This document shows, piece by piece, positions 52,742 to 64,000 of a DNA stretch of 64,000 bases. A model generated the notes under the pieces. It searched no databases, was not told where the DNA came from, and saw nothing but the letters and a program-made list of their open reading frames with translations. Both the position numbers and the translations under genes were made by a program. The DNA is taken from the NCBI GenBank assembly GCA_951406725.2, contig OX597819.1, positions 87,916,001-87,980,000 of the forward strand, in the 5' to 3' direction. Source of the stretch: Octopus vulgaris. Lineage: Eukaryota. Within the stretch, counting starts at the first letter, position 1; each line of letters starts with the position of its first letter.

Positions 52742-54929
52742 ATTTGAATGGCTTATTTAATCAGATACTGCTATGCTAGAGGTCTTTCCAAGCAAAGCGA
52801 ACCAAGTTCACTGGACTACAATAATTACTGGCTGCTTACAATTATAGTGGATTTGCTTAAACTCAGTCTAACATCAGCAAATAATATCTTTTCATCTAAC
52901 ATACATATTTCATTTCCATTCAACAATGATTACCTTTTATATACAATGATTACTAACTTTTGGTGCACAACAACACAATGAACACGAGATCAGACCCTCA
53001 AAGTAATGCTAAACATACAACATATAGTTAGTTCATTCCACCATCTATTCATTTATGCCATTCTCTTGCAGTTGAGAACCATCCACTTCTAACACTAACA
53101 CACACACACACACTATCATTATTGTCATTGTTTATTGCCAACTTTCTATGATGATAGCGGTTGGATGGCTTACTCTGATCAGAATAAGTACATATTCAGT
53201 ATGTATTCAAGTGAACTGCTTACCTAGATGAATTGGAGAACCACATCTTACTAATGCATTTCATTTTTGATTCAGTTTCAATGGTTGGATGCCTTTCCAA
53301 ACACAAACCACTTTACAGAATGTATTGCACTACTTTTCTTGGCACCAACACTAAAATTGAGTCATGTCCTTGACAAGGTAACTATGCACTTTTATGAGTA
53401 TACTGAGAGATATCCATGTCCACAACATGCCTGACAGGAGCTCAGAACTGCACAACCTCTTTAAAGAGTCAGCAACCTCTTTAAAAAGTCAGAGGTGTGG
53501 CTGATAGAGGCATAAATGATGGTGTTAAAAGGGATGCATGATATAGGGATTGGGTGATAAAGGCACTTCGTATTCTAAGACAGGTACATTCTGAGACAGC
53601 ATAGCTAAGTAGATAGAGAATAATATAAGGCAATGTGTTCCAGGAGATAAGAGCAATATTAGAGATACAGATGTGAAGAAGAAAAGGAGCAAAAGTATGA
53701 TAGCAAAAGGAGCCAAGCAGAGTGATGACAGGCAGAATAAGAAGGGTGATTGAAAGTAGAGCATACTGGCAGATTCAGTTCAGTGTAGGATTTTGTATAT
53801 AGATTTCAAAATGGGTTGTAGTCAGTTTATTGAGATGTACATGTGTAATCAAGGCAACTTGGCTAGGCAGGTAAGGAAATGACAAAAGGCAAAAAGATGA
53901 CAGAGATCTGGGATGTGAGGAAGATAAGGAGCAAGAGTATGATGGCAGAAAGAGAGTGGCAACAGAGCCAAGAAAGGATAATAGAAGGCATATGTGTTCC
54001 TGGAGATAGGAGCAACGACAGGGATCTGAATGCGTTGAAGTAAAAGTGCAAAAGAATGATAGCAAACAGATGACAGGCAGTACAGAAGGGGAAGAAGAGG
54101 TAGAATGTATTGAGTGTATGTGGTCCAATGTAGTCTCCTATAAAACAGACTTTGAGATGGGCCAGCTTGAGTGATAGAGGCCAAGTGAAGAGAGGGATGA
54201 TACAGGCTGAGTGAAGAGAGGGATGATGGAGGAACAGAGTGTAGGAAGGGTGATAGGAAAGTGAGTGATGAAGAAATTAGAGGGTGACAAAGTGTGAGCA
54301 GCAACAGTAGACTTAATGGTGCATATATCTAAATTTACAGAACTACCACTTTTTGTGACTTTTGAATCACCGTTCTTGCTTTGTTGGTCACATCACAAAT
54401 TACCAATTAAAACAGGCCATGATCATCTCTCCATGAGATGCAACCTCTTGAGATCAGTTTTCACTAATTTGTCCCAGGTCTTTCACAGGTATCATTCATT
54501 TTGAGAATGTAGCACTTCTTTATGTGGTGATCGTATCACATGGTCATGCTATTGCAGTCTTCTCTCTTGCACATTACATTCAATTCCTCTTACATCCAGT
54601 TTTTCTCTCAGCTCTTTAATACTGTCATGCACACTAATATTATATATCCAGTGAAGCATGCTTACTTCATTTTTTTTTCTAGTTTCCACACATCCTCAGT
54701 GTTTAAGGACTATGTCCCACTACACACTCACTTGTATGTATGTAAGTGTGTGTATGTATGTGTGTGTGTGTGTGTATATATCTTAAAATTTGAAGATTTC
54801 AATACACTATCAGTTTCATATTTGCCATCGCCGTGGGTTAGGAAATCTAGACAAGTGTGTGTATGTACATGTAAGAGGTTTTGTTGTAGAATGTGTGAAC
54901 ATGTGGGTTTTTTTTGTAATATTACAAAG

Positions 54930-55680
54930 AATCTACTATAATAATATTCTTGTGTCTCTCCACCACAACATATGAATGAGAAAGGAAGGGGTGAAAAATA
55001 AAATCAAACAGTGTTTCAACTCTGTGTGAGTATATGCATGCGTGTATGTAAAAAATGAGGTGTGTGTGTGTGTGTGCGCATGCAATGGAAGTGGGATGGT
55101 GATTTATAATAGACACTTGTACTCTTGTATTTTTCTCAGTCACAACATGAATGAGAAAGGAAGGGATGATAGATGAATAAGGAAGGGGTGATGGCAAAAT
55201 GTGAATGTTTGTATGTGTGAGTGAACATTCAACTGTGAAAGGAAAAATCAAATAGCATTTCAACTCTGAGCATATGAGTGTGCGCGTACAAGCGAAGTAT
55301 GTGAATGTTTGTGGGATTATTATATACCTTATCTATAAAAATAATACTCTTGTGTCTTTCTCTGTCACAACATGTGAATGAGAAAGGAAGGGGTGACAGA
55401 TGAATAAGGAAGGAAGGGGTGATGGCAATCTTGGTAGTAGGATGATGGAAGTTCTATTGCGAAAAAAAGAAATCAAACAGCGTTTCAACTCTGCATGAGT
55501 ATATGTTTGTGTATGTAAAAGGGAGTCATGTGAATGTTTGTGTATGCAATGGAAGAGGGATGGTGAACATTCAACACTGAAAATAAAAGTCAAACAGTGT
55601 TTCAATTCTGTGTGAGTATATGTGTATATGTGTGTGCAAGGGATGTGAATGTTTGTTTGATTACTATGTACCTTATTTTT
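54930..55680. repeat. Diverged ~200-bp tandem repeat
   Basis: CACAACAT..GAATGAGAAAGGAAGGG recurs at ~54964, 55141 and 55366. AAATCAAACAG.GTTTCAACTCTG recurs four times. Confidence 0.7.
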
Positions 55681-56444
55681 TACTTTATTTACATATAAAA
55701 TACTACAATTAGCTGTCATTTTTGAAGGCATGGGGCCAGCTAGTTGGTAATAATTTAGTTGTGTTTAAACTAAAAAAGCTATCAAAACCAAACACAAACT
55801 CATTAGCGTATTAGTATCTATTCTTATAATTTCAATACACAGCGACTGCTCGATGTTCAACTTGCACTGAAGTTTGGGCATTGTTTAGCTGAAGCCACCC
55901 CTGATTATGTAGAGCTCTGAGCAAATAAGTTCCAAACTGAAGGAAATTCAGTGTGATTTGAGATTTTCTTCTAGCATGTTTGATTACTAGATGTAAAAAA
56001 AAAAAAAAATTTAATAATTGATTAGTTTGCTTTCCAACAATATGGTTCTGGGTTCAGTCACACTGTCTTCTACTATAGCTCTGGGCCAACAAAAGCCTTG
56101 AGTAGATTTGGTATGTAGAAACTGAAAGAAGCCCATTTTGTGTGTGTGTCACTGTCGTCTCACCTTAACATTATGTGATCATAGTAAACAAGTGTTACTA
56201 CCATCATGCAAGTAATGTCCTTCATGACCAATCTTCTGAAAAACATACCTGATTATGGAGAAATATTACATTATTTGGAAAGAGCTGATGATTGGCAACA
56301 GGAAGGGATGTAAAAAAATCTGCCTGAAATTCCATCAAACCCTTGTGAACATGGAAAAGTGAACGTTAAAACGATGATAATGATGATTAAATGGTATGTG
56401 TGGGTGTGAAACAGAAGTCTGCAGTTTTCAGGTCATGTTACTAT

Positions 56445-56654
56445 ACTCTTTACTCTTTTTACTTGTTTCAGTCATTTGACTGCGGCCATGCTGGAGCACC
56501 ACCTTTAGTCGAGCAAATCAACACCAGGACTTATTCTTTGTAAGCCTAGTACTTATTCTATCGATCTCTTTTGCTGAACTGCTAAGTTATGGGGATGTAA
56601 ACACACCAGCATCGGTTGTCAAGCGATGTTGGGGGGACAAACACAGACACATAA

Positions 56655-56707
<53 letters not shown>

Positions 56708-56875
56708 TACGATGGGCTTCTTTCAGTTTCCGTCTACCAAATCCATTCACAAGGCTTTGGTTGGCCTGAGGCTATAATAGAAGACACTTCCCCAAAGTGC
56801 CATGCACTGGGACTGAACCCAGAACCATGTGGTTGGTAAGCAAGCTACTGACCACACAGCCACTCCTGCACCTAT
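56445..56875 (-). mobile_element. SINE family A
   Basis: Full-length match to family A. Confidence 0.87.
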
Positions 56876-57721
56876 AACTATTTAGTTAACACATGCAGTT
56901 CAACCCTCTCATATTCATATTTTGTTTATGAAATATTCTGTATGTGAATTTCAATTAATCTTGAAAATAATCAAGAATTTGGTGGAATTTGATAAAATAA
57001 CTATTTACCTAAGTTGATATTTGGAATGTAAGTAAAAGAAAAGTTTTTATGCAAAATAAAGTTTTGATTTAATACGAACATTTTAAATCAAGTAATGTTT
57101 TGTATTATATACCCTGGGGCAGTGTCAACTAGGTTGGCATCAATTGGGTTAAAATGAAAAATAAAGAGCTTCAAAAAGAAAAAAAAAAGTGCTAATATTA
57201 CAAGTAACCTTTCACAACTATATTTTTATCTATTCACTATCTTTGAAACATTTCAGAGCTAAGTGACACAAGAAAGTCTCCTCCTTACCCCATGTAACAT
57301 TTGACAGTAAGAGAAACATTGAATAGTAAAGTTACAAGAGCAAGAATTGTTGTTCATTGCTATGGTCTATAGTTGAGCTTATAGCAGACAGCTGGCACCA
57401 GTGTTGTGTTTCACAATACAGTCATTTATTTTATGCTAAGTCACAGCACCTGACTATCTTTACTGTGATACTGAGTTATTGTAAAATCATTGAATTACAA
57501 AATACACTGTAAAAATCATTGAATTACAAAAAAGAAACCTTGAAGTCACATGGGTGTGCAAACAAATACAATTTAGTTGATCTAGTTGTAACTGGTAATA
57601 TTAATGGTTTCAGGCCTCTTACCATCACTTCAATGCCTCAATACAAAAGTAAAAATAAACCCTGGTCAGAAAGCAGATTTGTAAAAGTAAAATTGATACT
57701 ATGTTTGGGACCATCATATTA

Positions 57722-57878
57722 TTTCTTTACTGCCCACAAGGGGCTACACACAGAGGGGACAAACAAGGACAGGCAAATGGATTAAGTCGATTATATTGAC
57801 CCCAGTGCGTAACTGGTACTAATTTAATCAACCCTGAAAGGATGAAAGGCAAAGTCGACCTCGGTGGAATTTGAACTC
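57722..57878 (-). mobile_element. SINE fragment (third family)
   Basis: GACCCCAGT..ACTGGTACT...GAAAGGATGAAAGGCAAAGTCGACCTCGGTGGAATTTGAACTC, whose reverse complement carries the B-box GAGTTCAAATTCC. Degenerate relatives at ~24215, 50510 and 63760. Confidence 0.65.
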
Positions 57879-60189
57879 CCACCATCATATTATTGGCTAT
57901 TCATTTTCATCCTATGCAGTTGAATATTATCCTGATCCTTAAAAAATCACCCCCAAAACTATCAAGTAATAATGTTTAGGTGGCAAGCTAGCCAGTTCAA
58001 GATTACCATGATCTAAGATAAAGTCTTTTGAATCCTTATACCTCATGACTAATAGTTCTGGTAAGAAAATTTAAGCAAAAATAGTTCTCATTAAAACTGG
58101 AAGCCAATGTTAATAATTACTGGTATACTTGATCTTGTGAACAACTTTGGACTATGTCATCTAAATGTGCTAGAATTGACATTACAATGTTAAGACAACA
58201 TTTCAGTAAATTATGAATGTTGCTACTAGTCTATAGTTCATACAATTTTAAAAAAATAATGGTGAAGTTTGGATTTAATAAGAAAATGTAAGATAATTAC
58301 AGGGCATGTCCATGAACTCACTTCTATAATCATACATACACATAAACAAATTACTGAATGTTAGCAATATTTCCTCTGCTTTTTCAGTTAGCATTAGTTG
58401 GAATGGTTGACACAGCTGCATATTTCTGTTTAACTCTAATTTGAATCATCTTGTCAATGAAACAAGATATCAACAACCACATCTTATAGTCTATAATTAA
58501 GAAAAATCTTCAATAACTCTTAATGCTTTCAACTATACTCAAGTCGCTTGTCAAATAGAATTGAATTTAAATAAATCAATGTTATATTTTTACAACCCAA
58601 AATGGTTGTAATCAAGGAAATGTGAACCAGCTGTTTGTATTTCCCAAACCTAGAAATATTCTGATATTTATTTTAATATTTAACAATATAAAAAATTATA
58701 GCACTCAGCTTCTTGCCATTTGTATTTCCTCAGTCCATCATTTAATTGACCTTAGCTTCACAATTTGCTAATTGTTTCCTTATTTCTACATCCTAAGATC
58801 AATAGCCATAACTGTGCCTTGCCTACCACTTACAAAAACTCTTTAAGAAATTTCTGAACAATTTCAATAACAATCAACTAAAAAAACTCATTAATCTAAC
58901 ACTTCCATATTCCTTTCTTCTTCAAGTTAATCTTATCAAATGTGGGTCACAGCAGCTTTTAATCAAACACTGATAAAAGATATATTTATATATAGAGAAT
59001 ATTAGATATGAAGTGTTTAGGCTCACAAAGGCTCACTAAATGCAATCAGCTGTCTCCCTACAAATCCTATTGAATATCATCTGAAAGCCCAGTTATAATC
59101 TTTTCATTCCATTTGTATCCCATTGGAAATTTCATCCCGTATAAATTTTTTCTTCAAATACTGATCTAACATAATACAAATTGGAAATTTACTGTATTAC
59201 CAGAAACCAGTATAAGAAGGTGTACAAAAGCTACAAGCACATTTTCTCCTATTTAAACACACACAAACACACAATTCAGAATATTGTTAATGAAAGACGA
59301 GAAACAAAAAAGGAGAAAATATTTCACATATGAAATAGTTCAAATGAGATGATTCTTTCTGGTATAAACAACTATAAATACTGAGGAAATAACTAAAAAG
59401 AAAAAAATTAGGAGAGCTATGAGTGCTTCACATTTACTTGAAGAAAAAAGATCTTAAAAAATATTTGAGAAGTGTTGAGTTAGCTACATATCCTACAAAT
59501 CAGACAGCAAAGAGCAAGTCATACTTGACACTGGGGTGCTAGTTATCTAACATCACAGTGCCACATTCAACTGTCTGCAAAAGGAAATAGAGAAAACACA
59601 ACCAACTCAACTGGAGGCAGTGTGTGATGAAACCAGCATGGACAGCATACAATATAGGGTTGATCTGAAAGGTGAATATATTTTAGGAAATTCACTCTCA
59701 GGAGAAAAACTTTGCTGAAGTGACTGTTAGTTATGCTTTCATGTTTGTTGAGGAAGGTCTTTAGTAGGACTTGTGTACTGTAAAGACTATTCTCCCCACT
59801 GCTTTTCTTTTGTGTGTGTGTGTGTATATATATATATATGTATGTATGAATATGTATATAATGTATCTACTTCCAGATGCTGTCATATTGTACTAAGTAA
59901 GCTTCATTGAAGTGGTTCCCCAGTGTCCTCTCTAATTAGCCATGAAGCCTAAGATTGATGAAAATGGTAAATGGAAGACGTTTTCCCAACAACTTGCACA
60001 TGCAAGTGCTACTAGCCGAAAGCTCTGCATACTGAAAGCCAGCAAGTGTATGGGAGCATCAGGAGAGAATGCCTGCCATTTTGGGGCCTACTGCTCATCA
60101 AGATTATTGCACACTGCCTCACCCCACTCACTAACATGAGGCCCCGCTTGCTAGATCAACTGGTTATCAGACATAGTTCAATATTCTTC

Positions 60190-61950
60190 TAGCCATCACT
60201 CATTGTCTTAACCAAATCCAGTGGCTAGCCTTTTCCACTGTAGTTTGGATATTGCCCATGGTGGTATTTGCTTTACGATGAGATAGGTCTAATGATAATA
60301 ACAGTTGCCTCACACTGTGTCCAACAAATCCTCTACATTCGACTTCGATTGGAAAATGCTCCACTTTCCAGCCTGTCTTCACATACCTCAAGGAGGTTTA
60401 TATAATGGTCAATCTTTCAATCCTGAGCAGCATCCATGTTATCTTCATGAGGAGCAGTTAACTCAACTAGATTTACCACTTTCTTTCTTTTACACCACAT
60501 TATAATATCCATTTTTTTCGCAACTGGGATGGGAAAGAATCCTTGGCACCCTGGTCAATTTGCAGCCACCTCCCAATAGCCGTTCCACTTTTCATTGCTC
60601 AAAGGAAGTTTCTTCTTGAAATGGATCTGCCGTCCTGGGTGCATGAAAGTAATGAAATCTCTGCTTGGTACTTTCAATGGTTTTTTTTTTTTCACTGTTG
60701 ATGAGAGCAATTTGGTTCTTTATAGCATTGAAGATAATCTTAAGGACCAGATTGTGTTTCCATGTATATCTGTTCAATGCCAGTGAACAGTTGGAAAGAA
60801 TATGTTTCAGTGTTCTGACTTTGCCGCATTTGTATATATCATTTTCTGAGATGTTCCATCTTACTAGATTTGTAGGCAATGACAAGACATCATGAGATGA
60901 ATGAATCAGAAAACTTAGCCATGATATTGTCCACCTCCAGATCTCATTCAAACTTATTTTTCTCTCAACATGTTCTTCCTATTTCATCATCTGTCCTTGT
61001 TAAGCATATTGGATCAAATGAAGCACTCCTCTCTCTGTTCCCCTTGTTTTGACACTGTTGCTAACAACAGATCTGCGTTCACTCTGCATCATACTTGCAA
61101 ACTGTCTGAACTGATCTGCATCAAATCCAAGTCCCTTCCAATGAATTTGCATTGCACCCACCATATCTTGGTGTGTAAGTGAAGACAGAATGACATCAGT
61201 CTTTGCTTTCCACTCCCTGGCTGTTTTTACATCTAGTGGATTATGCCTGATTTCTATATCCTTTGATTCTCTTAGTATCATCACCGTCCATACCTTGCCT
61301 AGTTTATAAATTTTGACTACTGATGCCAGTGGTAACTGCAATGAGCCTGTTTTATGATAGAGAGCTGAACTGTTCAATATACGAGGCAGGCCTAACTGCC
61401 TTCTAATGAACAAATTAAACTTTTGTTCAATAACTTGAACTCGTGATAATGCCACCTCATTTATTAAAAGTGGACACGAAAGAGCAGATACAAGCCAAAC
61501 TGTAAGCATCGTATTTTATATTTATCTGGTAGCTTTGAGTTATCGATTGCTGTTAATCCTTCCTTGGCTTGTTTTACAATTTGCATCTTATGACTCTTAT
61601 CTGACAATGTTCAAGTGTATACACGTCCCATGCTCTTGACGGGTTCTTCCTTGATTGTTGGAATGTTTTCTTCAGCTATTTTAAACTTAACTTCTTTTTG
61701 AACTCCCTTAATAAATCTTAGACTATGTAACTTTTTGCTCTCAATCGCATCCTTGACCACTTCACAAACTCATCTAGCCTCAAGAGGGCACTCTGCAGGA
61801 TTTGCTTCTCTGTCAATAGAAGTGTCACATCACCCATAAAGGCCTGTCCTCTACTTACAATCTTCAAGCCCCTCTCAGTTGCAAAGGTCCTACAGTACAG
61901 CTTGCATCCAAAGTTGTTTGCACTTCGTTCACTGTTCAAAAGAATAGCTG
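60190..61950 (-). mobile_element. Degenerate RLE-type non-LTR retrotransposon (Hero/R2-superfamily-like)
   Basis: RT remnant AFMGDVTLL; zinc knuckle and RHN-like motif CGKVRTLKHILSNC..RYTWKHN; C-terminal GWKVEHFPIEVECRGF. Multiple stops. Confidence 0.8.
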
Positions 61951-64000
61951 TAGTCATGACTAAGGAAGTGTTTGAATGAAGCAAATGTCCTTAATTGTGA
62001 CAAGCCATGGACTTGGTTTACTGTCAGTTTATCTCTCCTACTACTATACTCACTGTATTGTCTGCCAAATGATTATGAAGTTAGATGTGGTAGAATGTTA
62101 TTTAGTAGATTAAAGTCTACTAATAATGGTGTTAGAAGTGGAGTTGTGTCTGTGATTCAATTTTGATTTCTGGTTGTTGCAACTTTACTTCATATATGTT
62201 ATCAAGAGCCTTGAGAAAGACACACAGTTACACAACCAACCACATTTTCTTTGTATTGAGTACCAGTAAAATATTAGAGTTGATACAAAGAGGTTATATA
62301 CCATTCACTTATAGATAAAGGAAATGCAATCAAATAAAAAAAAAAAACTACTAGATAATGAAAAGTGTCTAATAAACACCCCACTTCTGAGTCATCATGA
62401 TTATATTAAAAGTATTAAAAGCTTAAGTGAAACAAAATGATCTTGATTGTGAATCAAAGAGCAACCATACATTCAACTTAAGAGGTTATCTGTAACTGTT
62501 ACTCTTCAATACTTGTGAGTCAAATGAAATAGTAACATGTTCAATGAAAGCTTTGAAATGTTTATCAAAAGCTATTTATGGATGCTATAAAAAAATAAAC
62601 AAACTATTTTTTAAAATGTCTACTTCAACAATTTATGTAAAATTCTAGTAACCATCAATCCATACAGATATAAAAACCAATATAACTTGTTTCTCTTAGA
62701 GAAAGGGCTAATTTTACAACTTAACAAGTTATGTAGCCTACCAGTTTGGTACTAATTATTAGAGTATCATAACAGTGTGTGTTCATATATAAATATATGG
62801 AATCATGTTCATGAAATTAGACTCACAGTGTGACTAAATATTTATTTATTAAAACTGATACTTATTATTTTAGCTACAAAAGACAAAGATGATATTGACT
62901 CAGAAACACAAGCTAGATGATGAAAATTGTCTAGCTATATATCATCTCTTCTGAGTTAACTCTTCTAGCCCTTAAAACACCCGAGCCTGTCAATTTTGGT
63001 AACAGTTGCCTTAGTGAAAACAGTACAAGGCAATTTTTTTTAGTCATAAGGCAAAAATGAGAAAGATAATAAGAGATTAATTGGAAAGAATTTTGAAGCA
63101 TTTTTAATAGAGCAAACTCTAACCTGTAATTTTTGGATGTCAAATCTTAACAGTTTCCTCATCTATATTTATTCATTTACTTAATCTCAAAATGTCTGTG
63201 CCTAAAATGGAGTTCAAGTCATATGACCACATACTTAGAAACAGGATCAGCAATACTAAATAAAGAAGATACATTAATGAAAAAAGTTATTACATATTTA
63301 CTGTCTAAATAATTTATGCTCTTAACAACCAAACTGGAACTGGTTAAGTTAACACTAAATTTGTTAGTAGGTGAGCAAATGTATGTGTGTGCATGAGAGA
63401 GAGAAAGAGTGAAGAAACTACTACAGCTTTTATAAATTTCAAGATAGTGATGAGTTCCTACAACAGCAACAATGATGATTTATTTAATTGCTACAAGGTC
63501 ACCAAAAATATATTTCCAACATTACAGGACATTTCAATATATATAGAAATAAAAAAAATAAATAAGAAATCAGAAGTAAGAGTTATTAGTAAAATAGACA
63601 TTCATTTTCTTTTGCAAACAAACAGGCACAATGACTATAAATAGGAATAATAAATGAATAATAAAAATGGTAGTAATGATAAAGGATGGGAATTTTTTTT
63701 GATTAGAGACAATGCTAATTTTTGCTGGAGAGGGGTGTAATTGACTGATTTGATGCCAGTATATTTATTACTCATACTTATTTTAATGTCGCCAATAGGT
63801 TGAAAGGCAAAGATAATCTTGGCAGAATTTGAACTCATAATGTTGAGAGGCAAGACTTAATAGGTAATGAACTTTCTGCCAACAAATAATAATGCATACA
63901 TTTAGGGAAGAGTTGTGAAGTATAGTTGTTCTCTTGGATGAAATAGAGAAAATCCAATAAACTTGTGCAAAAGAAACATAATAGAAGCTATTACATTACA

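Noticed and set aside
53525-54304. Leu/Ser-rich minus-strand ORFs
   Set aside because: The sequence is purine-rich and low-complexity with an internal duplication (~53630 vs ~53990). No splice or domain support.

Overview
This is AT-rich, microsatellite- and transposon-dense eukaryotic DNA. The repeat families look like those of a coleoid cephalopod (Octopus-like); that taxon call is inference. The right half holds the last five recognisable coding exons of a minus-strand mono-ADP-ribosyltransferase gene (PARP7/11/12-like, H-Y-I triad). I assembled the exons by hand and their GT-AG phases are consistent. The catalytic domain is split by an in-frame 574-aa low-complexity (Q/H/P/S-rich) segment that contains its own repeated ~30-aa motif. 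A RING1-like Cys segment lies upstream of the domain. The left half is mostly transposon debris: two tRNA-SINE families, R4/Dong-like and RTE LINEs, Helitron, Gypsy integrase, Merlin/IS1595-like transposase and MITEs; a Hero-like LINE lies at ~60-62 kb. The standout non-coding feature is a ~3.2-copy head-to-tail array of a 536-bp unit (17745-19460). Each full unit carries a complete type I hammerhead ribozyme on the minus strand with a palindromic, dimer-type stem III, i.e. a retrozyme or Penelope-pLTR-like self-cleaving RNA element.
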